The notes: a model not told the origin generated them from the letters alone. A stretch of DNA of 64,000 nt from Macrostomum lignano (GCA_002269645.1 NIVC01001778.1:1-64000), one strand, 5' to 3'; positions 48,559-63,819 are shown, counted from the stretch's first letter. Made by a program: numbers and translations.

Positions 48559-50302
48559 ATGGAGGCATTCAAGGAGGCTTGGCTCGCCATCGACCGTCTG
48601 GGCCGCGGCTACATCACGTCAGACGATCTGAACGTCTACATGCGCAAGCAAAACTACGACGAATCATTTGTGCGCAAATGGCAGAAACTGTTCGACCCGG
48701 ACAACACCGGAGTGATTCAGCTTGACGCCTTCTGCGACGTACTCGGGCTCAATGCTCGCGAGATTCAAGAGCAGGCCAGGTCCAATGCTGCCAGCAGCAA
48801 CAGCCTGCCAGATGATGTGGTGATCATCAGCGGCGACATGGGGCTCGAGTGGCAGGTCCGGGTCGTTAACATTGTCAAGGAGGCGCTGAGAGAGTGCGCC
48901 AAGATGAGCGTGAGTTCCGAGGGGGAGATGGGTGAGACGGAGATGGGTGAGAGTGAGATGGCTGAGAGGGAGATGGGTGAGATTGAAAGGGATATGGGTG
49001 AGATTGAGAGGGATACATGTATGGGTGAAAATGAGAGGGAGATGGGTGAGAATGAGAGGGAGATGGGTGAGAGTGAGAGGGATATGGGTGAGAGTGAGAG
49101 GGAGATGGGTGAGACGGAGATGGGTGAGAGTGAGATGGCTGAGAGGGAGATGGGTGAGATTGAAAGGGATATGGGTGAGATTGAGAGGGAGATGGGTGAG
49201 AGTGAGAGGGAGATGGGTGAGACGGAGATGGGTGAGACGGAGATGGGTGAGACGGAGATGGGTGAGACGGAGATGGGTGAGAGTGAGATGGCTGAGAGGG
49301 AGATGGGTGAGATTGAAAGGGATATGGGTGAGATTGAGAGGGATACATGTATGGGTGAAAATGAGAGGGAGATGGGTGAGAATGAGAGGGAGATGGGTGA
49401 GAGTGAGAGGGATATGGGTGAGATTGAGAGGGAGATGGGTGAGAATGAGAGGGAGATGGGTGATATTGAGAGGGATATGGGTGAGAATGAGAGGGAGATG
49501 GGTGAGAGTGAGAGGGATATGGGTGAGAGTGAGAGGGATATGGGTGAGATTGAGAGGGAGATGGGTGAGAATGAGAGGGAGATGGGTGATATTGAGAGGG
49601 ATATGGGTGAGAGTGAGAGGGAGATGGGTGAGAGGGAGATGGGTGAGAGGGAGATAGGTGAGAGGGAGATGGGTGAGATAGAGATGGGTGAGAGGGAGAT
49701 GGGTGAGAGGGAGATAGGTCAGATGGAGATAGGTCAAATGGAGATGGGTGAGAATGAAAGGGAGCTAGATGGGGGGTGAGAGTGGGAGGGAGATGGGAGA
49801 GAGGGAGGGGGAAAAGGGAGAGGCGGAAGATAAGTAAGTACATGTAAGATTGGCGAAATATAGCCCAGACAGAGAAGTTGAGGTGAGAAGTAGTTGTACA
49901 TCTAAGCGTATTAGAGGGAAGAGATGAGATTACATTAGCGAGCTGAGACAGAGGGGATAAGAGAATTAGAAATGAAAAAGAGTTATAAAGTAAATTTAAG
50001 GGCGACGGGAGGGACGAGATTAGTGAGTAGTGAGAGATGAGAAGTGGTTAGGAGTAACTACAATTAAATGTAACCTCCTTGAACCGCAATATCCCACGTT
50101 CTCACCTGGCGTGCAAATGCAATTATACAAGGACGTGCCCAAACAAGCGAAGACCAACTTGGACCGGCAGTGCAACCAGCTCTGGCATGTGATCATTGCT
50201 CAGGGCCAGTTCTGGTGTTACTATGGTCACGAGCCGGCTTACTCGCTTGTGTTCCAGATCGGCAAGCAGGTGTTCATTGTGTTCAAGACGCCGCAGTACT
50301 GA
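48559..50302 (+). CDS. EF-hand + dynein-light-chain-like protein (platyhelminth tegumental allergen-like/TAL family), 2 exons, ~173 aa
   Basis: Exon 1 is 48559-48909 (EF loops DRLGRGYITSDD and DPDNTGVIQLDA; ..VVIISGDMGLEWQ; donor AGC|GTGAGT). Exon 2 is ~50132-50302 (LDRQCNQLWHVII.QGQFWCYYGHEP..SLVFQIG..VFIVFKTP). TATA near 48476. The acceptor position is approximate. Confidence 0.85.
48920..49770. repeat. TAL intron minisatellite, 15/21 bp (GAGATGGGTGAGAGG / GAGATGGGTGAGAATGAGAGG)
   Basis: Purine-rich tandem copies are visible. Confidence 0.95.
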
Positions 50303-50729
50303 CGAGATGATGCCGACAGCGGCCATGATGGGGTGGAGTTTGCCTGCCTTCCCTGCACGGCAACTAACAAAATATTTAACTATGCGAATACTTATATTGA
50401 ATATAAAACATGTATTGTTACCACAAATTTCTATAGTGATAACCTTAATCCTTACGAGTACCAATATAGCTTGTTATTAAAATCGCATGTATTGAATAGT
50501 AACTTTTATCTGTTATAAAAAAATTTATTTTCATTTACTGTACTCTGTAGTTTCTATAGGTAAAGTCTATAATAAAAATTTGGAAACCAGCCAAGAGAAT
50601 GTTTAATTAACTGGATATAAGGATATACTCGTACCTGCTTGCGAATTCGCACTTCATCGAAATTCATGTTGCATGTATGTTTAAGTTTTTTGTGTTTATA
50701 TAGGGCACTTGATGGCCTAAAATCGAATC

Positions 50730-51030
50730 AAGGACCCCTATAGGACTGAAAGTCCTAGGCCCGGGAGTCAAGGACCTCTGGGACCGAAAGGGAGTCAAGG
50801 ACCCCTTTAGGACCGAAAGGGAGTCAAGGAAGTCCTAGGACCGGGAGTCAATGACCTCCCTGGAGGACCCAACACGGGAGTCAATGACCTCCCTCGAGGA
50901 CCCAACAAACGAGTCAATGACCTCCCTCGAGGACCCAACAAATGAGTCAATGACCTCCCTCGAGGACCCAACAAATGAGTCAATGACCTCCCTCGAGGAC
51001 CCAACAAACGAGTCAATGACCTCCCCCGAG
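50730..51030. repeat. 33-bp minisatellite (GAGTCAATGACCTCCCTCGAGGACCCAACAAAT); copy at 57214-57514
   Basis: Tandem copies are visible. Confidence 0.9.
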
Positions 51031-51419
51031 GACGCACCCAATTGAGTCACGCAATACAGAGCGAGCTCAACTTCTGGCTTCCTTCTTTTGCCTCGATAAA
51101 CTACCCATCTGTACCTCCCGCAGAAACAGCAGCAAATATTGACTCTCAGTCCTAGCAGTGTGCCAGCTCCTTAGACTGCGTGTTCCACACGGCGACAGGT
51201 TCAAATATTTGAACAATGAGCGCACACGATGTGACATTGGGAAGGGGACGGCAGACACCTTCGACACTGGGCAAATAAGGCTAATATAAGGCAGCCATTA
51301 GGACATACTGAATAATAAACAATACTGATCTGATAAAACATTAGGCTGGATACGTATTGCCTTAGGCATGTATATTCCCTGTCACTCCATGGAGACCCAG
51401 ATCTAAAACCTAGAGTGAC

Positions 51420-52890
51420 ATCATCTGCGGTGCTAAAATAAGTGACGGTGGCGCTAAAATGAGTGATATCCGTGGCGCTAAAATGAGTGACATCTGTGGC
51501 GCTAAAATGAGTGACATCTGCGGCGCTAAAATGAGTGACGGTGGCGCTAAAATGAGTGATATCCGTGTCGCTAAAATGAGTGACATCTGTGGCGCTAAAT
51601 AAAATGAGTTGGCGCTGAAATGAGTGTGACTGTGGCGCTAAAATGAGTGATATCTGTGGCGCTAAAATGAGTGATATCTGTGGCGCTAAAATGAGTGATA
51701 TCTGTGGCGCTAAATAAAATGAGTTGGCGCTGAAATGAGTGTGACTGTGGCGCTAAAATGAGTGATATCTGTGGCGCTAAAATGAGTGATATCTGTGGCG
51801 CTAAAATGAGTGATATCTGTGGCGCTAAATAAAATGAGTTGGCGCTGAAATGAGTGATATCTGTGGCGCTAAAATGAGTGATATCCGTGTCGCTAAAATG
51901 AGTGATATCCGTGTCGCTAAAATGAGTGATATCCGTGTCGCTAAAATGAGTGATATCTGTGTCGCTAAAATGAGTGATATCTGTGGCGCTAAAATGAGTG
52001 ATATCCGTGTCGCTAAAGTGAGTGATATCCGTGTCGCTAAAATGAGTGATATCTGTGGCGCTAAAATGAGTGATATCTGTGTCGCTAAAATGAGTGATAT
52101 CCGTGTCGCTAAAATGAGTGATATCCGTGTCGCTAAAATGAGTGATATCTGTGTCGCTAAAATGAGTGATATCTGTGGCGCTAAAATGAGTGATATCCGT
52201 GTCGCTAAAATGAGTGATATCTGTGTCGCTAAAATGAGTGATATCTGTGGCGCTAAAATGAGTGATATCCGTGTCGCTAAAGTGAGTGATATCCGTGTCG
52301 CTAAAATGAGTGATATCTGTGGCGCTAAAATGAGTGATATCCGTGTCGCTAAAATGAGTGATATCTGTGTCGCTAAAATGAGTGATATCTGTGGCGCTAA
52401 AATGAGTGATATCCGTGTCGCTAAAATGAGTGACCGTGGCGCTAAAATGAGTGATATCCGTGGCGCTAAAATGAGTGACCGTGGCGCTAAAATAAGTGAT
52501 ATCCGTAGCGCTAAAATGATTGATATCCGTAGCGCTAAAATGATTGATATCTGTGGCGCTGAAATGAGTGACCGTGGCGCTAAAATAGTGATATCTGTGG
52601 CGCTGAAATGAGTGACCGTGGCGCTAAAATGAGTGATATCTGTGGCGCTAAAATGAGTGATATCTGTGGCGCTAAAATGAGTGATATCTGTGGCGCTAAA
52701 TAAAATGAGTTGGCGCTGAAATGAGTGTGACTGTGACGCTAAAATGAGTGATATCCGTGTCGCTAAAATGAGTGATATCCGTGTCGCTAAAATGAGTGAT
52801 ATCCGTGTCGCTAAAGTGAGTGATATCTGTGTCGCTAAAATGAGTGATATCTGTGGCGCTAAAATGAGTGATATCTGTGGCGCTAAAATG
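51420..52890. repeat. 24-bp minisatellite (AAAATGAGTGATATCTGTGGCGCT); longer copy at ~57904-59985
   Basis: Tandem copies are visible. The second array is ~610 bp longer. Confidence 0.95.
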
Positions 52891-53254
52891 AGAAAAGATG
52901 TGTGATTCGAGTTCATGTATGGTTAATGGAATCTTCAACTCTAGCCAGCTATATTCGAAAATGGCTAATCAAATCCACTTCTTGAGCAGTGCGTGTGGGC
53001 AGCCAAGCAATGCCTGTGGCTGTGTGTGTGTTCTTCATCATGAGCTCTTCCACCGGTTCTGCAAATACCAAAACTGTGTGTGCGATTCACGTCTCATTTA
53101 TTCATTTTTTCTGCTTTTAATCTAAGATATAATTGACTGAATTCTGCAAGATGCGTGCTTGAGAATTTAATTAAACGATCTTTGACTGCCCTGCATCAGC
53201 TATAAATGTAATAAATGTATATGCAATACATGAAGAATTCATATGCAATACTGC

Positions 53255-54615
53255 CTCTTTCCCCCCTTCACCGCCTCTATCCCCTTCCCTTCACCGCCGC
53301 TATCCTCTTCCCTTCACCGCCTCTATCCCCTTCTTCACCGCCTCTATCCCCTTTCCTTCACCGCAGCTATCCCCCCTTCACCTCCTCTATCCCCCCTTCA
53401 CCGCCTCTATCCCCCTTCACCGCCTCTATCCCCTTCCCTTCACCGCCTCTATCCCCTTCCCTTCACCGCCTCTATCCCCCCTTCACCGCCTCTATCCCCC
53501 CTTCACCGCCTCTATACCCCCCTTCACCGCCTCTATCCCCTTCCCTTAACCGCCTCTATCCCCTTCCCTTCACCGCCTCTATCCCCCCTTCACCGCCTCT
53601 ATCCCCCCTTCACCGCCTCTATCCCCCCTTCACCGCCTCTATCCCCCCTTCACCGCCTCTATCCCCTTCCCTTCACCGCCTCTATTCCCCCTTCACCGCC
53701 TCTATTCCCCCTTCACCGCCGCTATCCCCCCTTCACCGCCTCTATCCCCCCTTCATCGCCTCTATCCCCCTTCACCGCCTCTATCCCCTTCCCTTCACCG
53801 CCTCTATTCCCCCTTCACCGCCTCTATCCCCTTCCCTTCACCGCCGCTATCCTCTTCCCTTCACCGCCTCTATCCCCTTCCCTTCACCGCCGCTATCCTC
53901 TCCCCTTCACCGCCTCTATCCCCCTTCACCGCCGCTATCCCCCCTTCACCGCCTCTATCCCCTTCCTTTCACCGCCTCTATCCCCCCTTCACCGCCTCTA
54001 TCCCCCTTCACCGCCTCTATCCCCTTCCCTTCACTGCCTCTATTCCCCCTTCACCGCCTCTATCCCCTTCCCTTCACCGCCGCTATCCCCTTCCCTTCAC
54101 CGCCGCTATCCTCTTCCCTTCACCGCCTCTATCCCCTTCCCTTCACCGCCGCTATCCTCTTCCCTTCACCGCCTCTATCCCCTTCTTCACCGCCTCTATC
54201 CCCTTTCCTTCACCGCAGCTATCCCCCCTTCACCTCCTCTATCCCCCCTTCACCGCCTCTATCCCCCCTTCACCGCCTCTATCCCCCTTCACCGCCGCTA
54301 TCCTCTTCCCTTCACCGCCTCTATCCCCTTCCCTTCACCGCCGCTATCCTCTCCCCTTCACCGCCTCTATCCCCTTCTTTACCGCCTCTATCCCTTCTTC
54401 ACCGCCTCTATCCCCTTCTTCACCGCCTCTATCCCCTTCTTCACCGCCTCTATCCCCTTCTTCACCGCCTCTATCCCCTTCTTCACCGCCTCTATCCCTC
54501 CCTTAACTGCCTCTATCCCCTTCCCTTCACTGCCTCTATCCCCTTCCCTTCACTGCCTCTATCCCCTTCCCTTCACTGCCTCTATCCCCTCTGCCTCTAT
54601 CCCTCCCTTCACTGC
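53255..54615. repeat. Pyrimidine-rich 18-24-bp minisatellite (CCCCTTCACCGCCTCTAT); copy at ~60350-61700
   Basis: Tandem copies are visible. Confidence 0.95.
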
Positions 54616-55064
54616 TAATGTAGGTAGAGCAAATCTCTCTACTTACAGTAACAGTAGTGTAACAAGTACACGCGCTAAACTATATTTTTCAAAATTCGGT
54701 CTCTATGGAAAACACTGAATAGTTTGCTGCAGTTCCATTAAAGGCAGCCTTTTAGCAGCTCTTTCAGCTCATACCGTCCGTGGCCCTGCCTCCTGCGTGC
54801 ATTGGAATCAGAAATGAAAGCAGACATCAGGCTCGACAGATTTGCACTCCGGAAAGGAACTGGCTGCGTTGCTGGCCTGTGGCATGCGCTGATACTGCCC
54901 AGCAACTCCACAGCTGATTTTTTTCAAGCACCGGAAAAGCAGATGATATAAAATGTATCGCCGCTTGAAGTAAAAGCAGTGTAAAGAATTTTTACTACCA
55001 ACCACTGCAGTCAGGGCCTGGCATTTTTTCACTCTTGAAAAGTGGGCGATTCTGTAGCTAGCTA

Positions 55065-55114
55065 GCTTGCTAGATAGATAGATAGATAGCTAGATAGCTA
55101 GATAGATAGATAGC

Positions 55115-55177
<63 letters not shown>

Positions 55178-55330
55178 CTAGATAGATAGATAGATAGATA
55201 GCTAGATAGCTAGATAGATAGATGGATAGATAGATAGATAGATAGATACATAGCTAGATAGATAGATAGATAGACAGCTAGATAGCTAGATAGATAGATG
55301 GATAGATAGATAGATAGATAGCTAGATAGC

Positions 55331-55389
<59 letters not shown>

Positions 55390-55418
55390 CTAGATAGATA
55401 GATGGATAGATAGATAGC

Positions 55419-55497
<79 letters not shown>

Positions 55498-55525
55498 CTA
55501 GATAGATAGATGGATAGATAGATAG
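55065..55525. repeat. (GATA)n microsatellite with GCTA/GATG variants
   Basis: Directly visible. It is cut off at the duplication junction. Confidence 0.95.
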
Positions 55526-56615
55526 ATGGGTGAGAATGAGAGGGAGATGGGTGAGAGTGAGAGGGATATGGGTGAGAGTGAGAGGGAGATGGGTGAGACG
55601 GAGATGGGTGAGAGTGAGATGGCTGAGAGGGAGATGGGTGAGATTGAAAGGGATATGGGTGAGATTGAGAGGGAGATGGGTGAGAGTGAGAGGGAGATGG
55701 GTGAGACGGAGATGGGTGAGACGGAGATGGGTGAGACGGAGATGGGTGAGACGGAGATGGGTGAGAGTGAGATGGCTGAGAGGGAGATGGGTGAGATTGA
55801 AAGGGATATGGGTGAGATTGAGAGGGATACATGTATGGGTGAAAATGAGAGGGAGATGGGTGAGAATGAGAGGGAGATGGGTGAGAGTGAGAGGGATATG
55901 GGTGAGATTGAGAGGGAGATGGGTGAGAATGAGAGGGAGATGGGTGATATTGAGAGGGATATGGGTGAGAATGAGAGGGAGATGGGTGAGAGTGAGAGGG
56001 ATATGGGTGAGAGTGAGAGGGATATGGGTGAGATTGAGAGGGAGATGGGTGAGAATGAGAGGGAGATGGGTGATATTGAGAGGGATATGGGTGAGAGTGA
56101 GAGGGAGATGGGTGAGAGGGAGATGGGTGAGAGGGAGATAGGTGAGAGGGAGATGGGTGAGATAGAGATGGGTGAGAGGGAGATGGGTGAGAGGGAGATA
56201 GGTCAGATGGAGATAGGTCAAATGGAGATGGGTGAGAATGAAAGGGAGCTAGATGGGGGGTGAGAGTGGGAGGGAGATGGGAGAGAGGGAGGGGGAAAAG
56301 GGAGAGGCGGAAGATAAGTAAGTACATGTAAGATTGGCGAAATATAGCCCAGACAGAGAAGTTGAGGTGAGAAGTAGTTGTACATCTAAGCGTATTAGAG
56401 GGAAGAGATGAGATTACATTAGCGAGCTGAGACAGAGGGGATAAGAGAATTAGAAATGAAAAAGAGTTATAAAGTAAATTTAAGGGCGACGGGAGGGACG
56501 AGATTAGTGAGTAGTGAGAGATGAGAAGTGGTTAGGAGTAACTACAATTAAATGTAACCTCCTTGAACCGCAATATCCCACGTTCTCACCTGGCGTGCAA
56601 ATGCAATTATACAAG

Positions 56616-56786
56616 GACGTGCCCAAACAAGCGAAGACCAACTTGGACCGGCAGTGCAACCAGCTCTGGCATGTGATCATTGCTCAGGGCCAGTTCTGGT
56701 GTTACTATGGTCACGAGCCGGCTTACTCGCTTGTGTTCCAGATCGGCAAGCAGGTGTTCATTGTGTTCAAGACGCCGCAGTACTGA
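56616..56786 (+). pseudogene. Duplicated TAL exon 2 (DLC-like domain) with no duplicated exon 1
   Basis: Identical to 50132-50302 and preceded by a duplicated 3' part of the intron. Confidence 0.75.
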
Positions 56787-59700
56787 CGAGATGATGCCGA
56801 CAGCGGCCATGATGGGGTGGAGTTTGCCTGCCTTCCCTGCACGGCAACTAACAAAATATTTAACTATGCGAATACTTATATTGAATATAAAACATGTATT
56901 GTTACCACAAATTTCTATAGTGATAACCTTAATCCTTACGAGTACCAATATAGCTTGTTATTAAAATCGCATGTATTGAATAGTAACTTTTATCTGTTAT
57001 AAAAAAATTTATTTTCATTTACTGTACTCTGTAGTTTCTATAGGTAAAGTCTATAATAAAAATTTGGAAACCAGCCAAGAGAATGTTTAATTAACTGGAT
57101 ATAAGGATATACTCGTACCTGCTTGCGAATTCGCACTTCATCGAAATTCATGTTGCATGTATGTTTAAGTTTTTTGTGTTTATATAGGGCACTTGATGGC
57201 CTAAAATCGAATCAAGGACCCCTATAGGACTGAAAGTCCTAGGCCCGGGAGTCAAGGACCTCTGGGACCGAAAGGGAGTCAAGGACCCCTTTAGGACCGA
57301 AAGGGAGTCAAGGAAGTCCTAGGACCGGGAGTCAATGACCTCCCTGGAGGACCCAACACGGGAGTCAATGACCTCCCTCGAGGACCCAACAAACGAGTCA
57401 ATGACCTCCCTCGAGGACCCAACAAATGAGTCAATGACCTCCCTCGAGGACCCAACAAATGAGTCAATGACCTCCCTCGAGGACCCAACAAACGAGTCAA
57501 TGACCTCCCCCGAGGACGCACCCAATTGAGTCACGCAATACAGAGCGAGCTCAACTTCTGGCTTCCTTCTTTTGCCTCGATAAACTACCCATCTGTACCT
57601 CCCGCAGAAACAGCAGCAAATATTGACTCTCAGTCCTAGCAGTGTGCCAGCTCCTTAGACTGCGTGTTCCACACGGCGACAGGTTCAAATATTTGAACAA
57701 TGAGCGCACACGATGTGACATTGGGAAGGGGACGGCAGACACCTTCGACACTGGGCAAATAAGGCTAATATAAGGCAGCCATTAGGACATACTGAATAAT
57801 AAACAATACTGATCTGATAAAACATTAGGCTGGATACGTATTGCCTTAGGCATGTATATTCCCTGTCACTCCATGGAGACCCAGATCTAAAACCTAGAGT
57901 GACATCATCTGCGGTGCTAAAATAAGTGACGGTGGCGCTAAAATGAGTGATATCCGTGGCGCTAAAATGAGTGACATCTGTGGCGCTAAAATGAGTGACA
58001 TCTGCGGCGCTAAAATGAGTGACGGTGGCGCTAAAATGAGTGATATCCGTGTCGCTAAAATGAGTGACATCTGTGGCGCTAAATAAAATGAGTTGGCGCT
58101 GAAATGAGTGTGACTGTGGCGCTAAAATGAGTGATATCTGTGGCGCTAAAATGAGTGATATCTGTGGCGCTAAAATGAGTGATATCTGTGGCGCTAAATA
58201 AAATGAGTTGGCGCTGAAATGAGTGTGACTGTGGCGCTAAAATGAGTGATATCTGTGGCGCTAAAATGAGTGATATCTGTGGCGCTAAAATGAGTGATAT
58301 CTGTGGCGCTAAATAAAATGAGTTGGCGCTGAAATGAGTGATATCTGTGGCGCTAAAATGAGTGATATCTGTGGCGCTAAAATGAGTGATATCCGTGTCG
58401 CTAAAATGAGTGATATCCGTGTCGCTAAAATGAGTGATATCTGTGTCGCTAAAATGAGTGATATCTGTGGCGCTAAAATGAGTGATATCCGTGTCGCTAA
58501 AGTGAGTGATATCCGTGTCGCTAAAATGAGTGATATCTGTGGCGCTAAAATGAGTGATATCTGTGTCGCTAAAATGAGTGATATCCGTGTCGCTAAAATG
58601 AGTGATATCCGTGTCGCTAAAATGAGTGATATCTGTGTCGCTAAAATGAGTGATATCTGTGGCGCTAAAATGAGTGATATCCGTGTCGCTAAAATGAGTG
58701 ATATCTGTGTCGCTAAAATGAGTGATATCTGTGGCGCTAAAATGAGTGATATCCGTGTCGCTAAAGTGAGTGATATCCGTGTCGCTAAAATGAGTGATAT
58801 CTGTGGCGCTAAAATGAGTGATATCCGTGTCGCTAAAATGAGTGATATCTGTGTCGCTAAAATGAGTGATATCTGTGGCGCTAAAATGAGTGATATCCGT
58901 GTCGCTAAAATGAGTGACCGTGGCGCTAAAATGAGTGATATCCGTGGCGCTAAAATGAGTGACCGTGGCGCTAAAATAAGTGATATCCGTAGCGCTAAAA
59001 TGATTGATATCCGTAGCGCTAAAATGATTGATATCTGTGGCGCTGAAATGAGTGACCGTGGCGCTAAAATAGTGATATCTGTGGCGCTGAAATGAGTGAC
59101 CGTGGCGCTAAAATGAGTGATATCTGTGGCGCTAAAATGAGTGATATCTGTGTCGCTAAAATGAGTGATATCCGTGTCGCTAAAATGAGTGATATCCGTG
59201 TCGCTAAAATGAGTGATATCTGTGTCGCTAAAATGAGTGATATCTGTGGCGCTAAAATGAGTGATATCCGTGTCGCTAAAATGAGTGATATCTGTGTCGC
59301 TAAAATGAGTGATATCTGTGGCGCTAAAATGAGTGATATCCGTGTCGCTAAAGTGAGTGATATCCGTGTCGCTAAAATGAGTGATATCTGTGGCGCTAAA
59401 ATGAGTGATATCCGTGTCGCTAAAATGAGTGATATCTGTGTCGCTAAAATGAGTGATATCTGTGGCGCTAAAATGAGTGATATCCGTGTCGCTAAAATGA
59501 GTGACCGTGGCGCTAAAATGAGTGATATCCGTGGCGCTAAAATGAGTGACCGTGGCGCTAAAATAAGTGATATCCGTAGCGCTAAAATGATTGATATCCG
59601 TAGCGCTAAAATGATTGATATCTGTGGCGCTGAAATGAGTGACCGTGGCGCTAAAATAGTGATATCTGTGGCGCTGAAATGAGTGACCGTGGCGCTAAAA

Positions 59701-62149
59701 TGAGTGATATCTGTGGCGCTAAAATGAGTGATATCTGTGGCGCTAAAATGAGTGATATCTGTGGCGCTAAAATGAGTGATATCTGTGGCGCTAAATAAAA
59801 TGAGTTGGCGCTGAAATGAGTGTGACTGTGACGCTAAAATGAGTGATATCCGTGTCGCTAAAATGAGTGATATCCGTGTCGCTAAAATGAGTGATATCCG
59901 TGTCGCTAAAGTGAGTGATATCTGTGTCGCTAAAATGAGTGATATCTGTGGCGCTAAAATGAGTGATATCTGTGGCGCTAAAATGAGAAAAGATGTGTGA
60001 TTCGAGTTCATGTATGGTTAATGGAATCTTCAACTCTAGCCAGCTATATTCGAAAATGGCTAATCAAATCCACTTCTTGAGCAGTGCGTGTGGGCAGCCA
60101 AGCAATGCCTGTGGCTGTGTGTGTGTTCTTCATCATGAGCTCTTCCACCGGTTCTGCAAATACCAAAACTGTGTGTGCGATTCACGTCTCATTTATTCAT
60201 TTTTTCTGCTTTTAATCTAAGATATAATTGACTGAATTCTGCAAGATGCGTGCTTGAGAATTTAATTAAACGATCTTTGACTGCCCTGCATCAGCTATAA
60301 ATGTAATAAATGTATATGCAATACATGAAGAATTCATATGCAATACTGCCTCTTTCCCCCTTCACCGCCTCTATCCCCTTCCCTTCACCGCCGCTATCCT
60401 CTTCCCTTCACCGCCTCTATCCCCTTCTTCACCGCCTCTATCCCCTTTCCTTCACCGCAGCTATCCCCCCTTCACCTCCTCTATCCCCCCTTCACCGCCT
60501 CTATCCCCCTTCACCGCCTCTATCCCCTTCCCTTCACCGCCTCTATCCCCTTCCCTTCACCGCCTCTATCCCCCCTTCACCGCCTCTATCCCCCCTTCAC
60601 CGCCTCTATACCCCCCTTCACCGCCTCTATCCCTTCCCTTAACCGCCTCTATCCCCTTCCCTTCACCGCCTCTATCCCCCTTCACCGCCTCTATCCCCCT
60701 TCACCGCCTCTATCCCCCCTTCACCGCCTCTATCCCCCCTTCACCGCCTCTATCCCCTTCCCTTCACCGCCTCTATTCCCCCTTCACCGCCTCTATTCCC
60801 CCTTCACCGCCGCTATCCCCCTTCACCGCCTCTATCCCCCTTCATCGCCTCTATCCCCCTTCACCGCCTCTATCCCCTTCCCTTCACCGCCTCTATTCCC
60901 CCTTCACCGCCTCTATCCCCTTCCCTTCACCGCCGCTATCCTCTTCCCTTCACCGCCTCTATCCCCTTCCCTTCACCGCCGCTATCCTCTCCCCTTCACC
61001 GCCTCTATCCCCCTTCACCGCCGCTATCCCCCTTCACCGCCTCTATCCCCTTCCTTTCACCGCCTCTATCCCCCCTTCACCGCCTCTATCCCCCTTCACC
61101 GCCTCTATCCCCTTCCCTTCACTGCCTCTATTCCCCCTTCACCGCCTCTATCCCCTTCCCTTCACCGCCGCTATCCCCTTCCCTTCACCGCCGCTATCCT
61201 CTTCCCTTCACCGCCTCTATCCCCTTCCCTTCACCGCCGCTATCCTCTTCCCTTCACCGCCTCTATCCCCTTCTTCACCGCCTCTATCCCCTTTCCTTCA
61301 CCGCAGCTATCCCCCTTCACCTCCTCTATCCCCCCTTCACCGCCTCTATCCCCCCTTCACCGCCTCTATCCCCCTTCACCGCCGCTATCCTCTTCCCTTC
61401 ACCGCCTCTATCCCCTTCCCTTCACCGCCGCTATCCTCTCCCCTTCACCGCCTCTATCCCCTTCTTTACCGCCTCTATCCCCTTCTTCACCGCCTCTATC
61501 CCCTTCTTCACCGCCTCTATCCCCTTCTTCACCGCCTCTATCCCCTTCTTCACCGCCTCTATCCCCTTCTTCACCGCCTCTATCCCTCCCTTAACTGCCT
61601 CTATCCCCTTCCCTTCACTGCCTCTATCCCCTTCCCTTCACTGCCTCTATCCCCTTCCCTTCACTGCCTCTATCCCCTCTGCCTCTATCCCTCCCTTCAC
61701 TGCTAATGTAGGTAGAGCAAATCTCTCTACTTACAGTAACAGTAGTGTAACAAGTACACGCGCTAAACTATATTTTTCAAAATTCGGTCTCTATGGAAAA
61801 CACTGAATAGTTTGCTGCAGTTCCATTAAAGGCAGCCTTTTAGCAGCTCTTTCAGCTCATACCGTCCGTGGCCCTGCCTCCTGCGTGCATTGGAATCAGA
61901 AATGAAAGCAGACATCAGGCTCGACAGATTTGCACTCCGGAAAGGAACTGGCTGCGTTGCTGGCCTGTGGCATGCGCTGATACTGCCCAGCAACTCCACA
62001 GCTGATTTTTTTCAAGCACCGGAAAAGCAGATGATATAAAATGTATCGCCGCTTGAAGTAAAAGCAGTGTAAAGAATTTTTACTACCAACCACTGCAGTC
62101 AGGGCCTGGCATTTTTTCACTCTTGAAAAGTGGGCGATTCTGTAGCTAG

Positions 62150-63125
<976 letters not shown>

Positions 63126-63819
63126 ACTCGTAGATAGATCCTCTGTAATTCCAGTCGCCCCAGAACCGACCAGACGGGATTACTGGCCATAAATTGTCTC
63201 CTTCACTCTTATCTACCAAATAAAAGGCAGCAGAAGATGCAGGGGGAGGCAAGAAAGTTGCGATGGAGCCGCAAGATAAAGCGCTGCCGTATGCGGATCT
63301 TCGGCACCAGCCCGCAGCAGCCCAAGGCTAAAGGGGCCGCACTGCAGGCACAGCCGGGTTAAATAAGTTTATTTGGGGAAGAATTCTCCGTGTTGGTGGT
63401 GGAAACAGATCGACTTCCGCGTTGGAGTGCGCTGGCCCCCTAGCGGCTGCTGACGGCCAATCTGACTGACGGTGCTACGCGTTAGCGATTGTGGAATCAG
63501 TAGTAAAGCCAAAATCCTGATCTCAATCTGAAACTCGAGTCTCAGATAATTACAGACAGTCACCTCATGCACTGATAATTAAAAAAAACTACAGATAGCA
63601 AATGAAGCTGTGTGTCGCAACAGTTTTGTTGAACTTTTTGTGGGAGAGTTGCTGCTAATTGGAATGTACTTTGAATGGATAAACTATTAATTGGGACTGA
63701 AGATGCATGCGTTAATACAAGGTAGTTTCACTGATAGCAGCTGTACCGTTAGACTACGTTATTCAAGCATGATCTGTGCCAACGCCAACAATAGAGAAGC
63801 GATTACGGCAAACAATTTA

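Noticed and set aside
51825-54718. MSDIRVAK, ISLILAT and PFTASIP repeat ORFs (and their copies at 58334-61594)
   Set aside because: Minisatellite translations with no support for coding function.
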